A stretch of 64,000 nucleotides of DNA, taken from positions 1,280,001 through 1,344,000 of the forward strand of contig OZ242029.1 of assembly GCA_965205015.1 (NCBI GenBank). Direction: 5' to 3'. The notes beneath the pieces are model-generated. The model saw only the letters and a list, made by a program, of their open reading frames with translations, was not told the DNA's origin and made no database searches. The stretch comes from Candidatus Poribacteria bacterium (GTDB lineage: Bacteria > Poribacteria > WGA-4E > WGA-3G). Position 1 is the stretch's first letter. The number at the start of each line of letters is the position of its first letter. The position numbers and the translations under genes were made by a program. This document shows, piece by piece, positions 10,370-22,902 of this stretch.

Positions 10370-11863
10370 CTATACTTCGCTTCTGGTGAAAATAAGAACG
10401 ATCCCCATAAACAAAACGAGGTTGGCTATAAGCAGTAGAAACAGATCCGGTAATGCCCGTTTTGCATTCGTCCCGACATCACCTCTCTGAAAAGTAAACT
10501 GAGGGAGTGTGCTCCAATCTACGGTGCCTTTATCGGCGACAAACCACTCCCGTGACGCAAACGCGTCTTTTGCATAGAGATCGTCAATTATAATTTTCCG
10601 GTAACGTCGCGCTGCCTCGAAAAAATCTCTGAGTCCTAATAAGTCAGTCCCTGCCCACGCCTGCGTCGCAGCATCATATATGCCGACGGGTGAGAGTTTC
10701 AACAGTGTTCTATCCATTGTGGCTTGTCGGACGTAAATTTCATCAAGTGCCTGCTTGCGGATGCGCCACGCTTTTTCTGCTGTTCGGGTAGCCAACGGTT
10801 CAACGAAATTGTAATACCGCTTAGCGACAGGGACGTACTTCTCAAAGTCCGGGCGGATCTCTGAAACAACACTCATATTTTCAATATAAGTCGTCAGGGT
10901 TACGGAATCCACATCCGCTTGGTGATAAAACCCCAACGCCTTGCTGAACTCCGAGGTCTCGCCAGCGATTCCCTCGTTTTCAAGGAACTTTTGACGTTCT
11001 CTTTCATATTCATCTACAATTTGTTGAATCTTGTTGTGAGCAGTTTTCACACGTACTTGGAGGTCGCCCCCTGGATTCACCATTGCCCGAATCAAATTCG
11101 GATACACGAGTATCAGAAACCCCCATACAAACATCGCAAGCATTAACGCCGTGCCGGTTCTACGCGTCGCTACAGAAATCAGTAACCCAATGAGGTAGAA
11201 CAGAGATAGATACGCGAACGAAGCGAAAATAATTCCCGCAATGCGGAAAAAATCAGCCGTTGACAGTGGAATTGAACGCGTTAACAACAGCAGTGCAAAA
11301 AGCAGACTCAATATCAGCGGAACCAACAGACACGCCATCGCACTGATATATTTCGCAAGCAAAATCTGCCCGCGTCCGATAGACTGTGCCAGAACGAGAC
11401 GCAATGTGCCGCGTTCATGTTCTCCTGCAATCGCATCGTAAGCGAATATTAATCCCATTAGGCTGAGAATAACCTCAAAGACAAAGACAATATCGATTGA
11501 AGAGAAGAACGCGATAAACGGGTTGTCCGTGCCGTGCATTTGGGCATCCCAGAGTGTCGGCATAAATCCGTGATAGATACCAATGAGGTTGCCCAAACGT
11601 TTATCTAACCCGACATTGAAAATACTCAACGGATTCGGTGCCCGGTCAAGGAACAGATACGAATTAGAATAGGTTTTGGAATTGTGTAAATCCTGATAAT
11701 GCATTTTGACGGCATTATTGTAACTCTCCAAACGTTGTTCGTAATCTTGGACAAGCACGATCGTATTTGCAACAACGAGCAGCAGCGTGATGAGCAGGAC
11801 GGCTGCGAAACGGAAGGTCATTAGATTGTCAAGGAGTTCCCTGCGAATAAGTGTTAGTAGCAT
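10370..11863 (-). CDS. ABC-2 type transporter permease, type B paralog 3
   Basis: LIRRELLDNLMTFRF, GEHERGTLRL..LAKY. Confidence 0.85.
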   Translation of the reverse strand: MLLTLIRRELLDNLMTFRFAAVLLITLLLVVANTIVLVQDYEQRLESYNNAVKMHYQDLHNSKTYSNSYLFLDRAPNPLSIFNVGLDKRLGNLIGIYHGFMPTLWDAQMHGTDNPFIAFFSSIDIVFVFEVILSLMGLIFAYDAIAGEHERGTLRLVLAQSIGRGQILLAKYISAMACLLVPLILSLLFALLLLTRSIPLSTADFFRIAGIIFASFAYLSLFYLIGLLISVATRRTGTALMLAMFVWGFLILVYPNLIRAMVNPGGDLQVRVKTAHNKIQQIVDEYERERQKFLENEGIAGETSEFSKALGFYHQADVDSVTLTTYIENMSVVSEIRPDFEKYVPVAKRYYNFVEPLATRTAEKAWRIRKQALDEIYVRQATMDRTLLKLSPVGIYDAATQAWAGTDLLGLRDFFEAARRYRKIIIDDLYAKDAFASREWFVADKGTVDWSTLPQFTFQRGDVGTNAKRALPDLFLLLIANLVLFMGIVLIFTRSEV

Positions 11864-11866
11864 CTA

Positions 11867-13264
11867 TTACACCTCAACGCGCACAAATGCCAGATACGCT
11901 CCTGAGGAAAGAACAACGAAAAACAGCACCAACAGCAATAAATCTATCGCTGCGGCGTTGAAGTCTTTACTTAGGCTGATTGTATCTTCAAAGATCGGGA
12001 TTGATTCCGGACGCACGGGTTTCTGAGACATGGCTCTCCGAACACCTATGAGATGGAGGCTTTCTGGATCCCCCCTATCGGTGTCAACGATAAATTTGCG
12101 ATATTCGCTGGCGTAGCGCTGGGCGTTCTCTAAAAATTGTAGATGTCGTTCAAAACCGGTTCCGGCAAAGGATTCAAGGAGATGCTGGAGAACTGCAGTC
12201 GGTGAGATGCGAGTTATAGAACGGGCATGTTGAACCTGTACGATCTGCGCGTCCAACCGTTTTTCAATCAAGCGCTCCTGCTCTGCTGCTTCATGTGTGA
12301 CATACTTGCTCCCTGCATGCAAAGCTTCTGATCTGGATCTGCCCAACACGCGACGGTATTCCTCAAGGTGTTTGTCATTAATTTGTTTTTGGAGTACCCG
12401 TAATTGATCTTTCGACATGGGCGAGGAGAAGCCGCTGGCAATTAGCGCGAGAACACTGGGCATAAAAACCACAAGTGTAACCCACGTCAGCAGAAGCATG
12501 ACCAGACTTACGGCGCTGCGCTGCACACGCGTAGACACAAGCAAACCCAACGCCAGAAACAGACAGATGTAGAGGAGCGCGACAAAGAAGATGATGCCTA
12601 AGCGTCCCCATGCATCAGCATCGAGGTAGACTGTACTTGATGTGGACAGCACCAGAAGATTTATCAACACAGCCAGCGCGAAAGGGATACTAATGCTCAT
12701 CAACGCCCCTAAAAACTTGCCGATCAGGATGGTGTGGCGCGGCACTGAATTGGCTAACATCAATCGAAGTGTGCCACGTTCACGTTCACCAGCAACAACA
12801 TCGAAGGTAAACAGAAGTGCTATCAGACTCAACACATAACCGATCACAAATGCCCAATCTATTTTCGTAACGTCCGGACGAATATTTGTCAGATTTGCGG
12901 TCGCCTCTGGATACCGCATCTGCCAGAAACTTTTTAGATCTCCGTTTTCCCAAAAGTAGTGCTGTGCCTCAACAGCCCCTGACAGAAAGGGATCGCCGCC
13001 TTCGACACAGAAGTAAAGATCGGAGGGTTTTTTGTAAAGCTTTCCGGGTCCCTTTTGTGCGAGTTCATACAGACTCCCCACCCGTGCCTCTAAAGTATTA
13101 CGCGCATCTCTGACAGCGGTGAGATACCTCTGTACCCTTACTGGCTGCTCTTGGAGATGCACAATCGCATTGGTGAGCATCAAGCCCAATAGTAACACGG
13201 TTGTTAGGGCAAACCGGAGGCTATTTAGGTTATCGTAGAGTTCACGTTTTGCGATATGCCACAT
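11867..13264 (-). CDS. ABC-2 type transporter permease, type A paralog 2
   Basis: MWHIAKRELYDN, GERERGTLRL..IGKF. Confidence 0.85.
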   Translation of the reverse strand: MWHIAKRELYDNLNSLRFALTTVLLLGLMLTNAIVHLQEQPVRVQRYLTAVRDARNTLEARVGSLYELAQKGPGKLYKKPSDLYFCVEGGDPFLSGAVEAQHYFWENGDLKSFWQMRYPEATANLTNIRPDVTKIDWAFVIGYVLSLIALLFTFDVVAGERERGTLRLMLANSVPRHTILIGKFLGALMSISIPFALAVLINLLVLSTSSTVYLDADAWGRLGIIFFVALLYICLFLALGLLVSTRVQRSAVSLVMLLLTWVTLVVFMPSVLALIASGFSSPMSKDQLRVLQKQINDKHLEEYRRVLGRSRSEALHAGSKYVTHEAAEQERLIEKRLDAQIVQVQHARSITRISPTAVLQHLLESFAGTGFERHLQFLENAQRYASEYRKFIVDTDRGDPESLHLIGVRRAMSQKPVRPESIPIFEDTISLSKDFNAAAIDLLLLVLFFVVLSSGAYLAFVRVEV

Positions 13265-13266
13265 TT

Positions 13267-14784
13267 TTACACTTCACTCTTGACGAAAATCAGCAATATG
13301 ATGATGAACAGGGACAAATTGATCATTAACAGTAAGGACAGATCTGGTAAGGCGCGTTTTGCATTTACGCCTATATCACCACTCTGAAAAGAGAACCGAG
13401 GAAGTGTGTCCCAATCCACCTTCCCCTTGTCCGCAGCGAACCACCGTCGAGAACCGAACGCCTTCCTATCGTATAGATAGGCGACTACTGCTTGCCGGTA
13501 TTCTCGAATTGCGTGGAAAAAATCTTGAATACCTCTCAAATCGGTGCCTGCCCACGCCTGTGTTGTGGCATCGTACATCCCGACCGGCGACAGCTTTAGC
13601 AATATTCTATCAACGAACGCTGGCTTTACGAAGATTTCCTGTAGCACCTGTTTTCGGATAAGCCATGCCCGGTTTGCCGTATCAACCATGCGCGGTCCGA
13701 GGAAACCGTAGTAATTTTGGGCGTGTGGCACTTGCGGGAGATGTCTGTCATAGAAGTCGTTATAGGATATAACACTCCAATACCAATACAACAAGGTCAA
13801 TTGGTTCTCTATAAATCCATCGCCGCTTGACCACCCACTGGGACCCTCCATATTAAACATCGGGTCCTCTCCTGAAACAGGGTCATTAGCCAAGAAGTTT
13901 TTTCGCTCTCTATCGAATTCTTCATATATCTGCTTTATTTCATTGAGAGCAGATGCCCCGCGCGCGCTTGAGGTGTCTTGTGGAACAATCGTGGCAAGAA
14001 TCATATTCGGATAGACCAATACCAAGAACCCCCAAACAAACATTGACAGCATCAGCGCTGTGCTGGTGCGGTGCGTTACTGATGAAATCAGTAGCCCTAT
14101 GAGGTAAAACACTGAGAGATATACAAGCGATGATAGAACGATCCCACCGATACAGAGAAAATCATCGGTCCTCAAGGAAATTGAAGTGGATATCGTTAGC
14201 AAAATTACAGCGAGGAGCAGACTCATCAGCAACGGAATAAGTAAGCAGAGCATCGCACTGATATACTTTGCAAACAGGATATGCCCACGTCGGACAGGGT
14301 GCGTTAGGACGAGACGTAAGGTGCCACGCTCGCGTTCCCCGGCAAGGGCATCGTAGGCGAATATGAGTGCAAGTAGACTGAGGACGCCCTCGAAAATAAA
14401 GACGATATCAATGGAAGAAAAGATATTGAGAAACGAATTATCCGAACTGTCCATTTCGGCATCCCACAGTGACGGGACAAACCAAGGGGACACCTGAATT
14501 TTGTTACCCAGCCGCTTATCCAACCCAACATTGAACAGACTCAAGGGGTTGGGTGGACGATCAACGTACAATCTCAGCATCCCGGGCGAATAGGTTTGCC
14601 ACTTATGCAATCTCTGCCGATGTGTCTCAATGGAGGTGTTGTAACTCTCTAATCGACGCTCATAATCCTCGATGAGTACAGCGGTGGCGGCAACCACAAG
14701 CAAGAGTGTAATGAAAACAGCTGCAGCGAACCGGAATGTCATGAGAGTGTCGAGGAGTTCTCGACGGATGAGTGTTATGAACAT
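13267..14784 (-). CDS. ABC-2 type transporter permease, type B paralog 2
   Basis: LIRRELLD, GERERGTLRL..FAKY. Confidence 0.85.
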   Translation of the reverse strand: MFITLIRRELLDTLMTFRFAAAVFITLLLVVAATAVLIEDYERRLESYNTSIETHRQRLHKWQTYSPGMLRLYVDRPPNPLSLFNVGLDKRLGNKIQVSPWFVPSLWDAEMDSSDNSFLNIFSSIDIVFIFEGVLSLLALIFAYDALAGERERGTLRLVLTHPVRRGHILFAKYISAMLCLLIPLLMSLLLAVILLTISTSISLRTDDFLCIGGIVLSSLVYLSVFYLIGLLISSVTHRTSTALMLSMFVWGFLVLVYPNMILATIVPQDTSSARGASALNEIKQIYEEFDRERKNFLANDPVSGEDPMFNMEGPSGWSSGDGFIENQLTLLYWYWSVISYNDFYDRHLPQVPHAQNYYGFLGPRMVDTANRAWLIRKQVLQEIFVKPAFVDRILLKLSPVGMYDATTQAWAGTDLRGIQDFFHAIREYRQAVVAYLYDRKAFGSRRWFAADKGKVDWDTLPRFSFQSGDIGVNAKRALPDLSLLLMINLSLFIIILLIFVKSEV

Positions 14785-14787
14785 CTA

Positions 14788-16200
14788 TTACACCTCAACG
14801 CGCACAAAGGCGAGATACGCCCCCGATAGAAGCACGATGACGAACAGTGTTAGCAACAGCAAGTCGATTGCTGCTGCGTTGAAATCTTTGCTAAGGCTGA
14901 GTGTATCCTCAAATTTGGGAACTGCTTCTGGACTGACAGGTTTCTTGGACATACCTTCACGAATGCCGATGAAATGGGGACTCTCCGGATCGGCTCTGTC
15001 GGTGTCATCAATGAATACTCGAAATTGTTGGGCGTAAACTTTAACGTTCTCTAAGAACTGTAAATGCCTCTCAAACCCTGTTCCTGCAAAGGCTTCAAGG
15101 AGATGCTGGAAAATCGTGACAGGCGAAAGCCGGGTGATGGCACGTGCTCGTTTCACCTGAGAAATCCGTTGGTTTAAGCGTTCTGCGTGCAAGCGTTCCT
15201 GCTGTTCAGCATCTTTGATAACGTACTCGCCTGACAATTGTATGCTTTTCATCGAATCGTCACGCGGCCCATACCGATAATCACTGTATTCTTCTCCAAG
15301 TTCATTGTGAAGTTGCCAGGAGCGTTCCGAAAATCCAAAAGTAGGTCTGGGCGACGCGGATCCGCCTGCAATAGAGGCAAGGGTGCTCGGCATAAAAACA
15401 ACAAGGGTGACCCAAACCAGGAGGAGGACCACAAGACTGACTGCGCTCCGTTGCACCCGCGTCGACACTAATAGCCCTAAAGCGAGAAACAGACATGTGT
15501 ATAGGAACGCGATACCGAAGATGATACCTAAACGTCCCCACGCGTCTGCCCCGAGATGAACATCGCTCGACGTGGAGATCACCAACAGATTGACCAACAC
15601 GGCGAGTGTAAACGGGATGTTAACACTTATCAATGCCCCCCAAAATTTGCCAATCAAGACAGTATGCCGTGGAATGGAATTCGCCAAGGTCAGTCGTAAG
15701 GTGCCACGTTCGCGCTCACCGGAAATGGAATCGAAGGTAAATAGAAGCGCGACGAGACTTAAGACGTAGCCGATGATAAATCCCCAGTCTACTTTGGTAA
15801 CGTCTGGACGAACATTATCCCGATTCGGGGTAGCAGATGGGTATACCAATATCCAGAAACTTTTTAATCTGTCGGTGCTCCAACGATGGTATCCGCCTTG
15901 TGCCTGATTTGACAAAAACGCTTCACCGCCCTCTATACAAAAACGGAGATCGGAAGGCTTTTTGTAAAGATTGCCAGGTCCCTGCTGTGCCAGATCATAT
16001 AAACCGTTCCCGGCATGAGATGCGATGCGATTCTGATGTTTGGCAACATCGTCACGATATCGCTGGACCCGCTCTGGATGTTCCCGTAGATGCAAAACGG
16101 CGTTCGTCAGCATCAACCCAAGCAACAATACCGTTGCCAGCGCGAATCGGAGGCTATTGAGATTATCGTAGAGTTCACGTTTCGCTATATGCCAAATCAT
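14788..16200 (-). CDS. ABC-2 type transporter permease, type A paralog 1
   Basis: WHIAKRELYDN, GERERGTLRL..IGKF. Confidence 0.85.
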   Translation of the reverse strand: MIWHIAKRELYDNLNSLRFALATVLLLGLMLTNAVLHLREHPERVQRYRDDVAKHQNRIASHAGNGLYDLAQQGPGNLYKKPSDLRFCIEGGEAFLSNQAQGGYHRWSTDRLKSFWILVYPSATPNRDNVRPDVTKVDWGFIIGYVLSLVALLFTFDSISGERERGTLRLTLANSIPRHTVLIGKFWGALISVNIPFTLAVLVNLLVISTSSDVHLGADAWGRLGIIFGIAFLYTCLFLALGLLVSTRVQRSAVSLVVLLLVWVTLVVFMPSTLASIAGGSASPRPTFGFSERSWQLHNELGEEYSDYRYGPRDDSMKSIQLSGEYVIKDAEQQERLHAERLNQRISQVKRARAITRLSPVTIFQHLLEAFAGTGFERHLQFLENVKVYAQQFRVFIDDTDRADPESPHFIGIREGMSKKPVSPEAVPKFEDTLSLSKDFNAAAIDLLLLTLFVIVLLSGAYLAFVRVEV

Positions 16201-16230
16201 TTTATAGTTATCAGTTGACCGAAAACCATT

Positions 16231-17742
16231 CTACACTTCGGTTTTGACGAAAATCAGGAATATTACGATGAAAAGTGCGACATTCATCATGAGTAAAAGG
16301 CACATATCCGGTAAGGCGCGTTTGGTATTTTTGCCGATATCTACTGTTTGAAAAGAGAATTGCGGCAGACCGCTCCAATCTGCCGCCTCCTTGTCCGAAG
16401 AGAACCATTGTCGAGATCCAAACGCCTCTTTATCGTAGAGATAGTCAATCACCTGCTGTCTATAGTGTCTTGCGGTGTCGAAAAAATCTCTGACCCCGCG
16501 CAAATCTGTGCCTGCCCATGCTTGTGTTGTTGCATCATAGAGTCCGACTGGCGAAAGTTTCAAATAGAGTCTTTCCACATTCGCCGGGTGAATATAGATA
16601 TCTTCCAGTGCAGGCTTGCGAATGAGCCATGTCCGGTCGGCTGCACCGATAATCTGGGATCCGAGGAAACGGAAATGCTTCTGTGCGTGGGGCATTTTGG
16701 GTTCATCTTGCTCACCAAATCCATCAAACTCCATGACACTTTCATAGGTGTACAGGAGTGCGCGGGGGTTATCCCAAAAGTAAGCGTGGCGGGATCCCCA
16801 TCCTCTGAGTTCAAGTCCCCAATCCTCCCCTGGAAAATCATCAGTGGCAAGGAAATGCTTCCGTTCTCTGTCGAATTCCTCCCACATCTGTCTGATTCGA
16901 TTGAAATTGGAGGTCGTGCGCGCTTGTAGGTCATCATGCCGCGGGATCACAGCCAAGATCACATTCGGATACACCAGCACCAAAAATCCCCAGACGAACA
17001 TGGAGAGCATCAAGGCGGTGCTGGTTCTACGCGTCGCCGCCGAAATCAGCAGTCCGATGAGGTAAAATACGGAAAGATACGCGATAGATGCGAAAATAAT
17101 ACCGCCGATGCGTAGGAAATCATCGGTATTCAGGGAGATCGCGGTAGACATCGCCAGCAGCATCACAGAGAGCAGTAAGCTCATCAGCAGTGGCACCAAT
17201 AGGCAGAGCATTGCACCGATGTATTTGGCAAACAGGATATATCCACGTCCAATGGGATGTGTCAGGACTAAACGTAGCGTTCCCTGCTCGTATTCTCCCG
17301 CCAGTGCGTCGTAGGCGAAGATCAGTGCCATTAGACTCAGGATAACCTCAAGGATAAAGACAATATCCATTGAGGCGAACATATCCATGAACGGATTATC
17401 CGAGCCGTGCATACCTGCATCCCAGAGGGTCGGAACAAATCCGTGTGTCACTAAAACTTCGTTTCCGAGCCGTTTATCGAATCCAGTATTGAGGATGCTC
17501 AATGGATTCGGGGGCCGATCGACCCGCAATTTCTCCATCCCTGCGGAATACGTCTTTTTCTCCTGCAGTTGCCGTTGATGCATTTTGACAGCGGTATTGT
17601 GGCCTGCCAAGCGCCGCTCATAATCCTCTATAAGCACAACGGTATTCGCGACCACAAGCAGCAACATAATAAAAACCGCTGCAGCGAATCGGAATGTCAT
17701 GAGATTATCAAGGAGTTCTCGACGGATGAGTGTTGTTAGCAT
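16231..17742 (-). CDS. ABC-2 type transporter permease, type B paralog 1
   Basis: LIRRELLDNLMTFRF, GEYEQGTLRL..FAKY. Confidence 0.85.
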   Translation of the reverse strand: MLTTLIRRELLDNLMTFRFAAAVFIMLLLVVANTVVLIEDYERRLAGHNTAVKMHQRQLQEKKTYSAGMEKLRVDRPPNPLSILNTGFDKRLGNEVLVTHGFVPTLWDAGMHGSDNPFMDMFASMDIVFILEVILSLMALIFAYDALAGEYEQGTLRLVLTHPIGRGYILFAKYIGAMLCLLVPLLMSLLLSVMLLAMSTAISLNTDDFLRIGGIIFASIAYLSVFYLIGLLISAATRRTSTALMLSMFVWGFLVLVYPNVILAVIPRHDDLQARTTSNFNRIRQMWEEFDRERKHFLATDDFPGEDWGLELRGWGSRHAYFWDNPRALLYTYESVMEFDGFGEQDEPKMPHAQKHFRFLGSQIIGAADRTWLIRKPALEDIYIHPANVERLYLKLSPVGLYDATTQAWAGTDLRGVRDFFDTARHYRQQVIDYLYDKEAFGSRQWFSSDKEAADWSGLPQFSFQTVDIGKNTKRALPDMCLLLMMNVALFIVIFLIFVKTEV

Positions 17743-17951
17743 GATGTTTAACTCTTTACAAGTTTACCAGTTTTATCCCTTTTCGGCAAAGGCAAGGCAA
17801 GATATGATACTGTCTTAAGCGAAAGACAATCTGAATCCACGGTACTAACCCATTATAACCGAATCGGCTTCTTCTGCTTCATTAAATTTGCTTTCTACTC
17901 ATAACATGAGTAACGAGTTGAAGTGAGTGGGAAAAGAGGAGCGAAAAGAAA

Positions 17952-18028
17952 TGGTGGGCTTACCTGGAATCGAACCAGGGACCTCGCGCTTATCAGGCGC
18001 GCGCTCTAACCGTCTGAGCTATAAGCCC
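17952..18028 (-). tRNA. tRNA-Ile(GAT)
   Basis: GGGCTTATAGCTCAG...CTGATAA...GGTTCGATTCC...AAGCCCACCA cloverleaf, 77 nt, CCA encoded. Confidence 0.97.
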
Positions 18029-18089
18029 ACAAAAAGGAGAGATATTCACGAAAAACGGTTTCGCTTTCGTTTGTCAATAAGCACTATTA

Positions 18090-18118
18090 AGTATACACCC
18101 TAAAAGCAGATTTGTCAA
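18090..18118 (-). promoter_or_regulatory. sigma70-type promoter for tRNA-Ile
   Basis: TTGACA-17nt-TATACT on the minus strand. Confidence 0.7.
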
Positions 18119-18471
18119 ATTAATTTGTTAAAATTGGGTTTTGATGACTCCCCACGCCGTTGCTAACTTAAGACGGGGTGAAACAGGACGAACCTTATCA
18201 ATATCGGCAATACTTTCGACAACAACCATATTATCGAAGTAACTGACACGAAAAATTGGGACACGAAAAAATTAGACTTAAAATCCTTTTTTGTAAATAG
18301 AACCTTAAGGAAATTCAGATTGGATGTAAAAGGAAAATTGGATTGATTCGTATAGCAAAAGGCTTGCTGTATCCTGTAAGAAGATGTTCTTGAAAGTTAA
18401 ACAGTTTGGGTGCGTGTCTTATAAGGTAAAGAGCTGAACATAAGCACTGTGTGAGAGTTCTTATGTTAATG

Positions 18472-20029
<1,558 letters not shown>

Positions 20030-20148
20030 AGTATTGAAGTACATCTTCAAAGAATCGAAGTGCACTCACAAGCTATTAATAGGCACGTCACGTTCACTAT
20101 TTAACTTTCAAAGAACAAAATCACCTTTCTTGTCAAAAGGTAATGTTA

Positions 20149-20177
20149 ATTATACACGCTAAAAAAAAGTTTGTCAA
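20149..20177 (-). promoter_or_regulatory. 16S promoter, followed by boxA-like GTTCTTTGAAA near 20106-20116
   Basis: perfect TTGACA-17nt-TATAAT. Confidence 0.8.
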
Positions 20178-20436
20178 ATAAAATTGTAAAAAAAAAGGGT
20201 AATTTTGCCCCAAAAGCCCATCTTTATAACAATTTTATGACTTTTTTTCCATAAAAACGTCTCTTTTAGCGGTCTTTGGCATTTTTGCCTAATTTTTACG
20301 TGATTTCGCGCTGCACACGCATCGTTTATTCCATACACCTGCCGATGTGTAAACATTTTGTCAAAAGGAACAGAGTTGGGATAAACATGCCGCCTTTACA
20401 GGGCTTGAGTGTTGTTTTGAACGTTTTTCTGGGCTT

Positions 20437-21225
20437 TTATGGCCAATACGTTATGCTTTTCCCAACTGTTTCTGATGGGTCAACATATTTAGCCAGATCG
20501 CGCAACGCAACAACGGTACAACCGCTGTCCCGAAGATAATCCATGTAGGTCTTAAACTGCTCAGGTGAAACATCAACCCACGGATGCTCAAGCGCAGGTA
20601 CACCGTGAAACGTCAGGACTGCGATTTTTCCGTCCTGTGCCTGTTCAACCGCCCAGACCAAATCCTCAAATCCGTAGTTCGGACCGGGAACACCTGTTGA
20701 CGGAACAACCAATGGATGATGGACATTCGGATCGTAAGCCGGTCCGCGCCCGCCCTCTGGATGAAATGGAAACTCCGGTCCAATGCCACGCCGCGCGAAA
20801 CGATATCCTTTCTCCGTCAGCGCTTCTAACGCTTCCGGTCCGCGACAATCCGCAGGATAGCCAAAGGTCTGAGGGATGGGAATACGGTATTCCTCACATC
20901 GTTTATCAATGTGTATCAGGTCCGCCAGCAACTCCTCTTTCGATTGTGTGTTGGCGTGTTTATGATGACGGGTGTGGTTCCCTATCTCGAAACCCGCCTC
21001 GTGCAATTGACGGATCTCCTCCCATGTGACATAGTGCGCCTTGCTGTTGAGAAAATTGAGACCTTCAGTGATGAAAAATGTCGCCCCAAAACCGTAACGC
21101 TTCAATAGTGGTCCAACATAAGCATAATCCGACTTGTTACCGTCATCAAAGGTGAGGACCACCAACCCGTCGGGGATGGGTTGCAGGGTTTCAACTTTAG
21201 ACAATTCCTGATTTTCTTTTTGCAT
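20437..21225 (-). CDS. polysaccharide deacetylase (NodB/CE4) family protein
   Basis: VVLTFDDG, FEIGNHT..H, LTFHG; start taken at MQKENQ. Confidence 0.85.
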   Translation of the reverse strand: MQKENQELSKVETLQPIPDGLVVLTFDDGNKSDYAYVGPLLKRYGFGATFFITEGLNFLNSKAHYVTWEEIRQLHEAGFEIGNHTRHHKHANTQSKEELLADLIHIDKRCEEYRIPIPQTFGYPADCRGPEALEALTEKGYRFARRGIGPEFPFHPEGGRGPAYDPNVHHPLVVPSTGVPGPNYGFEDLVWAVEQAQDGKIAVLTFHGVPALEHPWVDVSPEQFKTYMDYLRDSGCTVVALRDLAKYVDPSETVGKSITYWP

Positions 21226-21233
21226 TTTTCCAC

Positions 21234-22124
21234 CTAACGATTTGCAGGTTCTCTCCTGCGGCGATGGTAAGCTGGTTGGACATCCATGTCGATTGCGTTC
21301 CAATAATACTTCAGCGGATCGTCCGTCTCCCACTCCGAATAGACCTCTTCCCATTTTGCACAACCGAGATGGACGGTGAGGGCATCTTCATCAACGGGTT
21401 CATTGACCGACTGGTAACGGGCACTCGTTGCGAGCCGTATGCGGTTCTCGGTCATATTGTTACGACCTCGGTGAATCGTTAAACTGTGAAACATGAGAAC
21501 ATCTCCGCACTTGAAGGGGTTCCAAGCCCATTCCGTACTTTCTTCGATCAACTGCCACGAACGGACATCGTTGTCCTTTAAGAATCCGCGACGGTTCGAT
21601 CCACGTGCGATCGCCAAGCCACCCAACTCGGCATCACAGTCTCCCAAGGGTGTCCAAACGGTCCACGTATCCTGTGCACCGCGAACTGGATGGAAGTCCT
21701 GATGCGGAGGTGTGGTATACTGATGTTCCCCGGGGAAGATAGCGTGACAAATGTGACGTGGGTGAATGAAAACAGAGTTGCCAAACAGGACCTCCAGAAC
21801 ATGCACGATATGCTCGTGATGGGGAAGGGCGTGGAAAAGTCGGAGTTTCTGGATGTCAATGTAGAAACGTCTGAAGGTTTCGGATCCGTCCTGTTCGCAG
21901 ATGAAAACGCCTTTTCTCCGGATAGCGGCATTGGGGTGGGTGCCGGGTTCAAGGAGTTCGTGCTGCTCTGCGACACGGAGCACCTGTTGACGGAGTTCAA
22001 GCACGGGTTCAGTCGGGAGCAGCCCGCGGAAGAAGAGATAGCCGTTCTGGCGGCTGTGCTCAAGAAGTCGAGGACGGTCTCCGATGAAGTCTGTGCAGTC
22101 TACAAACGGCAATTCGATGTGCAT
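21234..22124 (-). CDS. phytanoyl-CoA dioxygenase (PhyH) family Fe(II)/2OG oxygenase
   Basis: HQD, WTVWTPLGD, GDVLMFH...H.G..N...R. Confidence 0.85.
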   Translation of the reverse strand: MHIELPFVDCTDFIGDRPRLLEHSRQNGYLFFRGLLPTEPVLELRQQVLRVAEQHELLEPGTHPNAAIRRKGVFICEQDGSETFRRFYIDIQKLRLFHALPHHEHIVHVLEVLFGNSVFIHPRHICHAIFPGEHQYTTPPHQDFHPVRGAQDTWTVWTPLGDCDAELGGLAIARGSNRRGFLKDNDVRSWQLIEESTEWAWNPFKCGDVLMFHSLTIHRGRNNMTENRIRLATSARYQSVNEPVDEDALTVHLGCAKWEEVYSEWETDDPLKYYWNAIDMDVQPAYHRRRREPANR

Positions 22125-22147
22125 TAAAATTGCTCCTTCTGAACCTA

Positions 22148-22825
22148 TCATCTCATCTTGAGTTTTCCCCATGTGACCGGTAGGGCATCAGCGGGATCCA
22201 CGGCAAAACTGTGTCCCACGGTTGTAACTAACAGATTGTCATACAGAGAATGTTCACCGGCACTTGCTCTGAAACCTATACCGCCTTTATTATGGGTATC
22301 ATCCTCCCATGTGCAAGATAATTCCAATTCCTCACCCTGTTCACCCAGATAGAGGTCGTAACGCTTACCTTCGGCAACGATCTTTATCGTATACCATTCG
22401 CCAAGCTGAGCGTGCACACCTGATTCATTGTCCAATTTATCGTCATCATTCACAATATAGTTACCGCCGACTCTTGTAAACCACCAAAATTGATTACGAT
22501 TATCTGCGACAATTTGAACCAACGTGCAATTGTTTGGGTCTTCCGCCCGCACGACCCAATTCGATGCCCAGAGTGGGTTTATCATGTGAAAATCGACATA
22601 GAACTCAAAGTCAGCGAAGTCATCTTTGACACTCATCCCAACTTCTCCGCCGTTAACTTCCAGTGTCCCGCCATCCAAGTCCCAGCCTGCCGTAGGTGCC
22701 CATTTACTCTTGTCAATTTCGTTCTTCTCAAAGTCATCCTCAAACAGTACCTCGCCCATACAAAGCGGCGCGTATACTGAGATGAGTATGAATGAAAAGA
22801 GTGTGGGGATCCTGAATTTCATCAC
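22148..22825 (-). CDS. secreted DUF1080/ConA-like protein with C-terminal TWGxLK motif
   Basis: signal peptide, LFEDDF, WYTIKI, GGIGF, C-terminus VDPADALPVTWGKLK. Confidence 0.7.
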   Translation of the reverse strand: MMKFRIPTLFSFILISVYAPLCMGEVLFEDDFEKNEIDKSKWAPTAGWDLDGGTLEVNGGEVGMSVKDDFADFEFYVDFHMINPLWASNWVVRAEDPNNCTLVQIVADNRNQFWWFTRVGGNYIVNDDDKLDNESGVHAQLGEWYTIKIVAEGKRYDLYLGEQGEELELSCTWEDDTHNKGGIGFRASAGEHSLYDNLLVTTVGHSFAVDPADALPVTWGKLKMR

Positions 22826-22902
22826 AATTTCTCCTTTCTGGAAAGATTAGGTTTCTCCTGATCCAGAGCCATTCAGTTTAAGATTTCAAATGTTATAGAA
22901 CT

